From assembly GCA_012295275.1 (NCBI GenBank), contig CM022665.1, positions 18,414,001-18,478,000 on the forward strand: a stretch of 64,000 bases of DNA. Direction: 5' to 3'. The notes beneath the pieces were generated by a model. The model was given only the letters and a program-made list of their open reading frames with translations, was not told where the DNA came from and ran no database searches. This stretch comes from Chrysomallon squamiferum (lineage: Eukaryota; Animalia; Mollusca). Each line of letters starts with the position of its first letter. Position 1 is the first letter of the stretch. A program made the translations under genes and the position numbers. Shown here one piece after another: positions 28,446-42,071 of this stretch.

Positions 28446-30310
28446 TTACTGAGACTATTGCCATTTATGAGAAAGTAAATACAAATGAATACTTGTTGCT
28501 AAGAAGTAAAAGTACAGTGAGATGATTGCAGGTTTCTGCTTTTTATCATTGCCAAGATGATTATCATTAAATAAAATATATCACAATCACTTAATACTAA
28601 AATATATGTTTAAATGTTACAAAATAGTCTGACATTGATTTTAAACTTTTTTTTAACAACTCCATAGATCAGTAGAGTAGTTAGTAAAATAAAACATTTT
28701 GGATGATAGAAGACTGATGTTTTATCATGATTGACTGGATAAGAATATGTACGAACTTTCCAAGTCCAAAATTGAAAGAAATGGAAAGGCAACTATAGTT
28801 TCTTCTTTTTAATTTTTAAATTTAAAAAAAAAAATGACATCACAGAATATGAAGGATAAGATGCAGCTTGCCAGTCAAATTAATACATTTTAATATAACC
28901 AGGTCTTGTTGACAGATTTTTCTGAACAAAAATTATTCACTTGTTTTAATCTAAAGAATTTTGTACTCCTAATTTTTGTCATTTAAATTAAAGATCTATT
29001 AAATCAAGACCATTTAAATAGTGGTTTAATGCAGTTTTGTTTAAATAATGATGCCTAATTCTTTCTGCAACAGAAGTTAATGTTAGCAGTTACCCTATTA
29101 TGCATTAATTAAATAATTATTGTATAATATAGATAAGCATATAAAAGATGCTTTGATGTCAAAACTGCATGGGGAACAATCTGTGGTTAGCAGCAAGGGT
29201 CTTTTATATGCACTTTTCAGTAAATAGGACATCACACAGCATAAACTTTGTTACATCAAAAACACTGTCTTGACTAAACAGTTCAGGAAATACAGATATT
29301 GTAATTTAATTTAATTTCATGAATTAATGACTGAAGCAAGCAAATTTTAATGACATAATGTTAATTAATTGAAACCTTAACATATATTGTATAACCTTCT
29401 TGTCAGTAAACCATTTTTTTATAATAATAATAATAATAATGATGATGATGATAATTATAATAACAATAATAATGATGATAAAAATAATAAATATAATGAT
29501 GATAAATAATAATAATAATAATTACAGTATTAATAATTGTAATAATAATATTAATAACAACAAAAAACAACCACAATAATAATGATGATGATGATAATAG
29601 TAGAAGCAATAACATATTTGTAAACATCATTATTATTTTTTTATTCTTATGTTGCAAAATCCATTAATGCCCCCCCCAAAAAAAAAAAAAAACCAGTTAT
29701 AATTATTACTTGTGTGGTTGAAGTGGACATGTTTGAATCATTAGCTGATGTGAGCATATTTCAAAATAGCTGACAGGTGGACACATGACACAGTTGCCAG
29801 TTATTTTAGGATATTAGAGTCGTTACAGTGGATAATGAGACAAATAATTAGAGAAGGCTTTAATTGTGATATTCAGTGCACAGTCAGAAAAAGTATCTTT
29901 GTCTTAGTATTAATTAATAACAGAATCAATTAACCTATTATCAGTTGTCACAATTGTGATTTAAAAGTGTGACAGAAACCTTGTCACAAAGATAATTTTC
30001 TGAACACAAACACCACTCTCACATGTACACACATACACGTACATTTGCATGTACATACACACACACACACGGATTCTTATACACATACCTATACACACAC
30101 ACAGATACTTGCACACACATACCTATACACACACACACACACACATGTTCATACATACATACACACACATTCATCCATTCATCAATCCATCCGTCCATCC
30201 AACCTTCATTGATTCATTCATCCTTTGTTCATTCATTTATTTATATTGATTCCCAGGAAACAGCCGCTGGGAAATAACCTTCAAGTAAATTTTTTTCGGG
30301 GGGAGTTGAT

Positions 30311-30341
<31 letters not shown>

Positions 30342-32146
30342 TTAGTAGTATTTTTATTTTTATTATTATTATTATTTTTTTTTTTTTGTTGGAAAGAAAG
30401 TTAGGCTTGTTTTTAGAAATTATAAGTATCATAAATTTGACAAGTATAGTTTAAAGATATTTTTAAAACATGCCAAAAAAAAAGAAAAAAAAAAAAAGAA
30501 AAGAAAAAATCAATTAAAAAAATATTAACATAAATATCTGGACAGAAAAATAAAAATTAAATAGTTTAATTAATGAAAAATGATTAACAAATGAAAAAAA
30601 TATATATATATATTGTAAATTTAATAATATATAAAAAATAATTTACAGAATAGTAAATATCAAACAAATCTTAGTGAATTCTTCTAAATAAAAATCAATA
30701 ACAAACAACAACAACAATAATAATAACAATAACAATGATAATAATAATAATAATAATGATAGTGATTGTAATAATAGTCATAATAATGAAATGATAATGA
30801 TATTATGACAATGATAATGATTTTAATAATAATAATGATAACTGACAATAACAACAATAACAACAGTAACAACTACAACAACAACAATAGTAATATAAAT
30901 TACTACAACAAAAGTAAAACAAAATTCCCATTCCAACCTATACTCAGATACACATACTATGTAAAAGATGTCTTACTGCTGATTCACACACAACAGAGTA
31001 ACCCATGTGGTTTGGTTTGCAAATCTTAAAGAGGAGAAATCCTCCAAGGTAACTTTTGTCAGTTAGCAACATTTATTCTTTTACATTCATCTTCACACAG
31101 TCATAGACACACACACCACACTTTTTAATCTTCAAATGATGTACAGCAGTCTTTGATACATTTGTTATGGAACACTGGTTGGAACTGGCAATCATGCAGA
31201 GCACTTGCCACAGAAGAAATGATAGTGTGACCTGTTCATACAGAATGCTGTTTTCAGTGAAGAAAAGCCTGTCTAAAGTTTGATTACTGAATGATGACAT
31301 TAGTACAAATTTTATTTAATAAAATGAAATTAAGTAAAAAACCCACAAAAGATAAAGAGGATATATATATATATATAAAGATTTGAAAAAAAATGTTGTT
31401 ATTAAAAAGAAATCAAAAATCAAAACAAAAAAACTGACAAGTGTTTCCTTCAAGATGTTCACAGGATGTATGCCTTTGGTCATTTCCTAGCAACCAGTGT
31501 TTGGACAGGTTTCAAGTTATTGATGAATCAGCAGACTACAAAAGATGAATCAGACATTTAAGTCAACTTTTGTAGTTGATTATTGCAAAATGTAGCAGTT
31601 GATTAATAAAGTGACACACACACACACAGATACTGATAACAAAATACAAGGAATAAATAAAAATACAGCACACACACACATGCAAATGCATACTCATGTA
31701 CAACATATACATGCACAATTGCACATGCCTAAGCACTCATACTCACACACATACATACATACACTCAACAAATGTACATACTTACACACACCCACCCACA
31801 AAGATCATACTGGGATACATCACATATACAAACATAACAGACACATACACAAAAACAAACAAGCACACACACACACACACACACACACATTCATTATGGA
31901 AAACAAAAAGTATTAAAAATGTGGGTGTTTATTGTAAAATTTTACATAAATGTCACAAATATAAACAAAAGATTTACTAATATATTCATTATAAATATGT
32001 TTTTTTTTAAATCTCTCTCTCTCTCTCTATTTTTTATTTTTTTTTTATCTTTTTTATTTATTATTCATATATATATATATTTTTTATTATTCATATATAT
32101 ATATATATTTTTTATTATTCATATATATATATATATATATTTTTAT

Positions 32147-32189
<43 letters not shown>

Positions 32190-32398
32190 TAATAAATAAA
32201 AAAGTAAAAAAAATAAATAATAATAATAAAAAAAAATAACAAATAAATAAAATCTTTAACACAGAAAGAAAGAAAAAAATTTCTGATATTTGCTTGTAAA
32301 AAACTTTATATTATTTTAGCCTTTTCCAAGTTTCCTTTCCACCATGTTTAAATGTTACATTTTACGTCATCAGCAGACAGAATGCGAAAGCTTTCCAG

Positions 32399-32432
<34 letters not shown>

Positions 32433-33108
32433 AATCTCATAAACCTTGTAATGATATTACAGCGATCAATGAAGTAAAAACTAAGATAGTTTCATTGATC
32501 AGTTTCATAAATATAACTTTAACCAGTGTTTGATTGCCGCTGTTCTTCATTGCCATGTTTTTCCTGATCCGAATTGATTGACAATCAGATACGAGACAAT
32601 GTGTAGCATGTTAGAATGTCGTTTAAGTAATTCCTTTCAGTATTAAGTTTTTATCTCGAAGAAGCAAGAAAAAAAAGAGAAAAAAATGTCTTGACAAAAA
32701 TAACTCTATAAGATTATTAAACCCATATCGAACATTTGAAATTTAATACAAGACATATAAGGAAAGGTTAGTCTGAAAATAGATTTTATTTATTTTGTTT
32801 TTTAAAGAACTGAAATGACTTCTTGACTGAGAAAGAGTGGAAAGAGAGAAGGTAAGAGAAAAGGAGAAAGGAAGAAAAAAGAAAGGAAAATGAAATGAGA
32901 GAAGGAAAGAAAAAGTCAGATGCAGGTGAAAGATGAGAAAGATTGAAGAGACAGAGTGAAACATGAAGAAAGAAAGAAAGATAGACAGAGAGTTAGATAG
33001 GTATAAGATAGTGAGATAGGAAGATTAATCAGGTGGATATATAATATCATATATATGTGTACATATTTATTTATGTATATATGTATATGTGTGTGTGTGT
33101 ATGGATGG

Positions 33109-33185
<77 letters not shown>

Positions 33186-33419
33186 AGGTAGAAAAATATT
33201 TAAATAAACAAATACAGACACAAAGATAAACAGATATGTAGATAACAGAAATGTGCGAGGATAAAGAGAATTAAAGAAAAATGGAGAGATGGAGAGAGAT
33301 AGAAGAGATGACATGAGAAAGAAAGAGTGCAAAAGAGATTTTTGAATGAATAAATATCCTTGCACACACAAGGGTTCACAAATCACAGTCTTTGATAAAC
33401 TAGCTGGATTGAAAATATA

Positions 33420-34010
33420 CCTATGTTACACTATGTCAAACCGCTGATTATATTTATGGTGACATAGGTATGAGGTACCGTTCAGACCACTGATTTATGG
33501 TGACATCTATAACATGATACCTGTGACGTAATGGTTATAATGGGCAAAAATGTCCGTATATCACTAATCCTATATCCTAGATATATTTATGGTGACATAT
33601 CTATATCAAGGTACCATTTCAAAATGGCTGGAGTTAGTAAAAAGTCTTTATGACAATAATCCTTGTTATATTTATGGTGACATATCTATACAGAGGTACA
33701 GTTCCATAGTGGATTGGGAAAAAAATATCTATGTGACACTCATACTAATTATATTTATGATGACATATCTATAACATGCTGCTGTTTAACTGTGGTTAGA
33801 ACAGGAAAAATGCCTATGTGATACAAATTCTATATCCTAGATTATATTTATGGTGACACATCTATAACATAGTATTTATTCTGTAATGGTTAGAATTGGC
33901 AAAAATGCCTATGTAACACTAATCCTATGTCCTAGATACATTTATCTATAAACTGTTTCATAATGGTTGGAATGGAAAAAATATAATATTTATGGTGACA
34001 TATCTACAAC
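33420..34010 (+). repeat. Degenerate minisatellite with core ATATTTATGGTGACATATCTATA
   Basis: About 7 core copies (near 33450, 33494, 33583, 33668, 33752, 33844, 33987); an inverted copy lies at about 37080-37240. Confidence 0.8.
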
Positions 34011-34179
34011 AATGTAGTGTCCAATTTAATGTAGGCATTTGTTATTGCTTTCTTTTCTTTTTTCTTTCTATTTTCTTTTTTTTTCCCCACTGGAAATATA
34101 CCAGTATGTTTCTGTTACTTTCTGTTATACTTTAAACTGTAAGTAATAACAGTAAGTTCTTAATAATACTTCAGAATTT

Positions 34180-34502
34180 CTTAATGACAGAATTATTTTT
34201 TTTATCAATAACTCAAAATGTCAGCCATATTAAAAAAAAAAAAGAAGACCCCCCCCAAAACACACAATTTATATCCTAAAAATAACTGCAAATGAATTAC
34301 TTTTAGATAAAATTAATATTATTTAACATCAAAGGGAGAAAAAAATCCAATAATCTAAAGGAGTATTAATTTTTATTTGATATATTTTAAATTATTTCTA
34401 ATGGAAAATAATACAAAAAATAAAATAAAAAATCATTTGAATGGTGAATGTAATAATAATAATAATGTGAGGAATAAATAAAAATACAGTACACACACAT
34501 AC

Positions 34503-34534
<32 letters not shown>

Positions 34535-35097
34535 TTGTATGTATATATGTGTATTCTTTTTATTCCTTATATATATATATATAATACTAAAAACTAAAAA
34601 CTAAAAAAACTAAAAAGTAATAATATAAATTTATTTTTCTTTCATCTGAACTGATCTAAATTTAAAATGATTTTTAAAAACAATATTCCAGACCTATTAC
34701 TCCCACCAAAAAACAACCCCTCAAAACACAAAATATTTTTTAGAAAAATAAAGAAAAAAAAAAAAAAAAAAAAAAAGAATTAAAGAAAAAAATATCTAAG
34801 ACAGCTGAAGAAATTCACTGACGTCATACTTGATACTTGAAATGTGAGAAAACTTCTGCTACTGTTTGCAGATCAATATTTCTCATCCTGACACTTTTTG
34901 TAGTTCAAGTGTTGCCTAGGAAACCACAGGTCATCTGGGTGCATTCTTACTGATAAAAACTGTTTAATATATTTCAATGTACAGAAGTTAAAACTATGTG
35001 TTTAACTGTTCAAAGTTTTAAATTAATTATTACGGTGTTTTTGAGTACCATTTATCTTGATGAGATCTGAACAACAACAACAACAACAAAAAAAAAA

Positions 35098-35188
<91 letters not shown>

Positions 35189-36447
35189 AAAAAAAAAAAA
35201 AAAATAATGAAAGAAAGCAATGTTTTGTCTTGTTAATGTTGTCAAGGTTTGTTTTCGTATGTGTTATGATTTATTATGGTGGGATAAAAAAAAAAAAAAA
35301 AAAAAAAAAATTGTTAAAAAGAATTATAATGGGATTTCAATAAAAAAAATAAATAAATAAATAAATAACAAATAACAACCTGCACCCCACACACAATATT
35401 GTTATTGTCAAATGTTAGTTTTAGTACGTGTTAAAGTTGATTATAACTGTATTTGATAAATTTGGTTCTAGAACATATTATTCAAGAGAGAGAGAGAGAA
35501 AAAAAAGAAGAAAATCTTGGTTATCAAACGAAAACTTGAAAACTCAGTTCTTGAAATGAAGTCAGCAGAGGAGATGTCTTCAGATGAGGAGGACGAAAGG
35601 AAGGATTGTTCCTAGTTCACTAATCAAAGAAATGACTGGAAAATGTGGGGAGACACAAAGTTTTTTGAAAACTGTTTTAACCTGATAAAGTTGTGGCAAA
35701 CTGCATAATAAACCTTTTAAATAACAATGCTACATCTTACTTCAGAAACCTTTTAAAACGCAGGCAAAAATGAAACACGTTTGTCAAGGTTTTTTCAATG
35801 AAAATGAGGTCCTGTGAGTCTCAGGCAGGTTGTGGTGGTGTAAAGGAACAAAACAGAGACAGAAACATAGAAGGAGAGTTACCTTATGCTTTTATTCAAA
35901 GTGACATTCATTTCAAACAATAACATCCCCATTTTTCATCACCCTCCCTGCAAATTAGGCCATCTGCTGTCATGATCTATTTATTGTGTGTGAATTTATG
36001 CACGTACATGTTATTATGCAGGTTTAAAAGCAATATCTGTTGCTTAAAATGCTTTATAATGCGTAATGCTGGGGGATTCTGTAACGGTTTAATCCGATTT
36101 ATATTATTTCTTATTGAAATAATTGATTTGCTTTTCAAACAGGTTTCTGGAATGGATTAAGTTTGAGAACAGTTGTACTACTGTAAGTAAATAATTAAAT
36201 AAAATAAAATATAAATAATGATAATTAAAAAAAATAAATAAAAATGACAGTTCAGAAAAACAACAAAAAACCCACTTAACAATGTCATTAAATATATATA
36301 TATATTAAATTTTTAAAAAACAAAAAACATCTGCTATGCTTTCCTCAGTTGTTAAAATAGAAATAGGTTACAACAATAATAAAAAGAAAACAACACAACA
36401 AAAACTAATAACATAAAACTTCTATCAAAAATGGAAGAAAAACACAA

Positions 36448-36478
<31 letters not shown>

Positions 36479-36985
36479 CAATAAAGAAAAATTATCTACA
36501 TTTTTTCTCAACTGCTAAAATTAAAAATAGGTTACAACAATAAGCAACAACAAAAACAAAAGCTTTATAGCTTGGGATATATTTTATAAAAATCATTTTA
36601 AATTTGGGTCATTTCAAATCAAAGAAAATGTTTTAATTTATTTAATTTTTAGTTTTTAAAATTATATATATATATATATATATTTGTACGAATGAATGTA
36701 TGTGTATTTTTTATTTATTCCTTATATTATTATTTATTTAAATATTTATGTTCATCTTTTATAGTAGAATATATTTAGAATGCAGTTTATTTTTATATCA
36801 AATAAAAATTAATACTCCTTTAGATTATTGGATTTTTTTTCTCCCTTTGATGTTAAATAATATTAATTTTATCTAAAAGTAATTCATTTGAAGTTATTTT
36901 TGGAGCATAAATTGTTTATTTTTTATTTTTTTTAATGTTATCTGACATTTTTAGTTATTGATAAAAAAATAATTCTGTCATTAAG
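34180..36985. repeat. Long inverted repeat: arms 34180-34383 and 36795-36985
   Basis: About 200-bp arms that are reverse complements, including about 90 bp of perfect match; weaker inverted similarity extends outwards and inwards. Confidence 0.85.
35083..35206. repeat. Long poly(A)/(AAT)n tract, representative of the many microsatellites (AT, AC, AG, AAT, AAAT, ATAC) across the window
   Basis: Directly visible. Confidence 0.9.
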
Positions 36986-37692
36986 TATTAAGAAAGTAAT
37001 CATACAGAAAGTAATTAAACATATTGCTTTATACTGTCAAGTCCAAAAAGGTATTTATGTTAAAAAAACAAATGAGACTGCCTTCAATAAATGGAACAGT
37101 ACCTTATTATACATAAACATAATCAAGGATTATGTCATATAGGAGTTTTTCACATTCCAACCACCATGGAACAGTACTTTGTTACAAATATGTCACCATA
37201 AATGTAATCAATGCTTTGACCCACTATTAGTGTCCCATAGGAAATTTAAAAAATGACAACACAACCTAATATATCAATCTGTTACAAAAAATCCAATAAA
37301 ACACAAAAATGCCAAACAGAACAACTAACAATCTCATTAATTACATATTAAAAAACCCAACAGCCACCAAATTAAACAACAAAAAAATGTCTTCTCCTAC
37401 ACTTTCCTCCATTACTGAAGTAAAAATAGGTTACATAAAATACAATTATTATTATTATTATTTTTTTAAATTTCAATTATTTGCAATTATTTTATTGCTG
37501 TTATTAAAGGATTTCTTTTTGGTTTTTGACAAATTAACTAAAAACATTTATTTGGAAATGATGCTTTAAGTGGAGTTTAATGTTTCATAACAATGAAGTA
37601 TTTTGTTTACAATTTTATTTATGACTTTTTCATTGTAAAACATTTTATGTTATGTTTTAATACCACAGAAACTAGTTTTGTAGAGAAATTTG

Positions 37693-37731
<39 letters not shown>

Positions 37732-38189
37732 AAATGTTTTGACACACAGACACACAAACACATGCATATATACAATCAGTACACATATTTATCAACACAA
37801 ACATACAGACAATACACACACACACACTAATATATATACACAAAAACACAACAAACACAGAAACACACATTTACACTGAAATAATTTATGTATGGATCTC
37901 CAGTGTTGATTTGCAAAATACCTGAAATAATTTAAAAAATAAGAAAAGAGAAACAAAAACACACCAAAATAAAAAGTAAAAAAACCCACTTAAATAACTG
38001 ATTTATCACCTGACATCTTTGTAAGCATTACTTTTCTTGACATCCATTAAGAAAAGGAGGAAATGAAAAAAAAAAATCAAAGTAAACACTTCTTTCAAAA
38101 TAAACATCCTTTCAAAATGATTAAATCAATTTTCAGTGGTACATACATAGAAGAAAAAACCCTTTCATGAATAAAATCATATTTAATGA

Positions 38190-38221
<32 letters not shown>

Positions 38222-38352
38222 TTACTAATAATATATTGACTATTATTTAGGTAAAATTGACACACCATGCATGATACAGCAGATTTCAGTCATAAAGAAG
38301 ATTGTTTTTTTTTTTTTAAAGATGAGTGGTCCTGTGATGTAACTTGACTTCA

Positions 38353-38391
<39 letters not shown>

Positions 38392-40699
38392 GAAAAGAAA
38401 ACAAGAAAAAAGGAACAAGAAAAAATAAAGAATTAAAAGAAAAAATAAATGAAAGAAAATAAATAAAATAAAAATAAAAAATAAAAGAAAGTACAAAAAT
38501 AAATAAAAAATTAAATAAAACAAAAAGTGCTTAATAAAATTAAATAATAAAAGGTAAAAATTGTCTATAAGGAATGTATATATACACAGGTGTGTATACT
38601 GGGTTTTTCTCAGGTATGATGAGAATGTAAATAACTATTATCATAGTAATATATCCCATATCTGGTAAGTCATTTCGGTAATAAAAACTTGTTATATGAT
38701 GAAAAAGTCAACAGGTGTTCATTTTTAATTATAAATCGTGTTATTAATGTATCAAACATTGAGTCAAAAAAATAAAAAATAAAAAAAATAAAAATAAAAA
38801 AATAAAATTACAATAAAACATCCAATACTGAAATAAATATTTGTTTGGATTTAAAAAATTAGTAAAAACATTTACACAGACACACACATACATACAAACT
38901 CAGACATATATGTAAAGTGTATGTATGTACATATATGCTTTATTCACTATTTCTTAATTAACTGTTGATAAATCTACCAAATCTATCTATTTATCTATTT
39001 ATATTCACACACACACACACCCGAGAAAATATGTACAAAAAACAAAACAACAAGAAAGCTAAATTCATCAGTTTAATAAATTTTCAAAAAATAATATATT
39101 AGAATTCTATATAATATTTAATTAATTCCAGTAAATATTTCCTTATCCAAGATTAGAAACCCCAGAAACACATACACAATTATATATGTAAAAATGAATG
39201 TAGAAAAACCCTGTCTACACATGTATGCATGTATGAATAAATATATATATGTATATATAATTTGGTTAAAGTCAAAAAATAGAATAATAATAACACAAAT
39301 CAGTGGCATTCAATATTTTCAAGAAGATAAAGAAAATTAACAAATTTCTTTTTTTATATATACTATAATAATTATCAACAGAAGAGATTTTTATTATTAT
39401 TATTATTTTTTATAATTAAAGAAATCTTTTCTTGATTTTTTAAAATATATAAAGGCAATAGAAAAAACTAGTATGTGACATGTAAGCAATAAGCTTTAAC
39501 TAACATGTTTACATGTGTATTTATGTATGTACGTGTAGGTATATGTGTGTGTGTGTGTACACACATTTTAATTTGTTCATATAAATAATTTAAAATTAGC
39601 AATGATCATAATGGACAAGGAAAAATAGTTTCTGAACCAATTAAACTATCATTTTTAAAATGATATTTCATATAAACTAATAATAACATTAGTAATATAT
39701 ATATTTACAAATGTTCAACACATCAGTATCTAACTGATTATGAAACAATAATTCAACACTGACATACTTAATATATATACTAATAATTTAAAACACTGTC
39801 ACAACACACAAATCACCAACGAAAAAAAAATAATTAATTAAATACATTATGATCTGAATACAAAAAATACCGATACTCACTATATGAATTATTATTACTT
39901 ATTATTCTTAGTATTCTGGGAAGTTATATGTAAGAATGTACAGTCAGAAATTATTTAAAAAAAAAAAAAAAAAAAACACCAAAAAATCTCAACAACAACT
40001 TGTTTTAGTAACACACTGATGAGACAGATCATGTTTAATTTAACAAGTAATAATTTAAAAAAAATACTTAACATGATTTTAGAGACATTTCATATTCTAA
40101 ATTATTTACCACTATAGCCAGCAAGTGGCATTTATATTAAAAACCATGATTTCCCATCAATGGGTAGGTGTGTAAAACACCAAAAAACCAGAACATGCAG
40201 CATAACTGACATCTAAAAACTTGAAATTTAAAACTTAAATGTTGTCAAACATTTTTTGGACTGACACTAATATCTATCACCATAGCAGCAAAACTTTAAA
40301 CATTTTTCAAAATGAATGCTGCAAATTCATCCAACTAGGGTGAAAATGTCAGAAAACAAAGTATGATGAATGAAAAATATTCTCATTTCTGCTAAAAAAA
40401 ATCTAGATATCCTTCTGACTATCATATTCAATTCAAACAATCAAATCTTTCTCAGCAAAAAATGCTACAGTCCCATGGGTTGAATGATAATACCAGAATT
40501 GAATGATAATACCAGAAAAGTAGTAACTGATGCAGTAAAATTTTGAAAGGTGTAACATATTGCCAGGGTCATATTGCTATGAACCTGGTTAATACAAATA
40601 GTTACTACAACAGTAAAATAAGAATTAGAATTTTCAGTAGACACTACAATTAATATAAAAAAAAAAAAAAAAAACTGCCTTTTTTTAATAAGAAGTTTT

Positions 40700-41640
40700 T
40701 CTAATAATATTGTAATACTTGTGGCAAAAAGTGATATTTCAATCTTTTAAGGTAAATCATTTGCTGTTACAGTAACTAATTATAATAAAGTAGAACAGGT
40801 GTGGCAAGAAGTGATATTCCAATCTTCAGGAATAAAACTGTACTCTCCTTTTGTGCTTAGATATTAATACTTGAAGCTATTACTCATAATAAAGTAGTAA
40901 TAGATGTGGAAAAGAACAATTTCTGTATTTATAAAAAAAAAGTAGTAACAGGTGTGGGAAAAAGTGATATTCCTATCTTCAGGAATGAAATTTCAACTAT
41001 ATCATGCCTATAACATATAAAACATGTTAATATTTACAGTTATTACTTATAATAAAGTAGTAACAGATGTGGAAAAAACAAACTTTTTGTCTTCAACACT
41101 GAAATACCAACTATAACCTTCATTGTTATTTTTGATAATAATACTTAAAGCAGCAACAGGTTTGGGAAAATATTCCAATCTTCAAGAATGAAACATCAAC
41201 TATAACATTCTTTTGTTTTTAAGATGTTAATACTTACAGTTATTACTTACAATAAAGTAATAATGAATCTCCTATGGGTTTTTTATATTAATATATGAAG
41301 CAGTAACTGGCATGTAAATAATGGTATTTGTATTCTAAAAAAATGAATCATCACTATAATCTTCTTTTCGGTTATTTAGATATTAACATTTAATTCTAAT
41401 AAAGTAGTAACAGATGTAGGAAAAACCAACATTACTGTCTTCAAGAAAATAACCATAGCCATCGTTGTTGTTTTTTTAGATATTAATACTTACAGTTATT
41501 ACTTTAAAAAAGTAGTAACAGGCGTGGGAAAAGTGATATTCCAGTCTTCAAAAAAGTAACTTCTTATTGTTCACATGTTAATACTTGCAGGTAAACAACT
41601 CCCACTAAAGTAGTAACATGTGTGGCAGCAAAGAGTATTT
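40700..41640. repeat. Degenerate tandem repeat downstream of BCKDHB (core AAAGTAGTAACAGGTGTGG...GTGATATTCCAATCTTCA)
   Basis: About 8 diverged copies at irregular 50-200 bp spacing. Confidence 0.75.
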
Positions 41641-41798
41641 TCCCAACGTTTGCACAGGTAACATAAAAACACTGAGTCTAGGCTATGATCACGTCAACAT
41701 CCAATATCCGCAGTTATTAGCTACTCTTTATAAAATCATAACAGGTGAAGTAATCATGGCTGCTCCAAAAAAAATAAAATAAAGGAGCAACCTCTGTG

Positions 41799-41804
41799 TT
41801 TATT
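41799..41804 (-). terminator. Candidate polyadenylation signal for BCKDHB
   Basis: AATAAA on the minus strand about 127 nt after the stop; this hexamer is common in such AT-rich DNA. Confidence 0.3.
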
Positions 41805-41930
41805 TCAGTCTGCTGTGTAGGCTTATTAATGTCCTGTAGTCACTGTTAGTAGCTGCGTATATAAACTTATTTTTAAATACTCTGTAGGTTCTATATTAAG
41901 TGTTATTCTAAATGAAAGAACACAGCAGTG

Positions 41931-42071
41931 TCAGTAGTTGACAATTTTTTTAACAGCTTCATAACATCTCCACTTATCGGGCATGTAGAAAGGTTCGTGA
42001 ATACAGGAAAAGGGCGTGTCGTACCCACACACCCGCTGGATGGGTGCTTCCAGATTAAGAAAACATTCACT
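41931..42071 (-). CDS. BCKDHB: BCKDHB exon 9, terminal ([10 protein letters not shown]...KKIVNY*)
   Basis: tttcag| acceptor, TGA stop at 41931-41933; the C-terminus matches the BCKDHB end. Confidence 0.96.
   Translation of the reverse strand, partial: SECFLNLEAPIQRVCGYDTPFSCIHEPFYMPDKWRCYEAVKKIVNY

Noticed and set aside
2687-39309. Dozens of ORF-track entries (poly-Y, poly-F, poly-L, HT, CV and SL repeats)
   Set aside because: They are translations of microsatellites and AT-rich low-complexity DNA with no domain signal.
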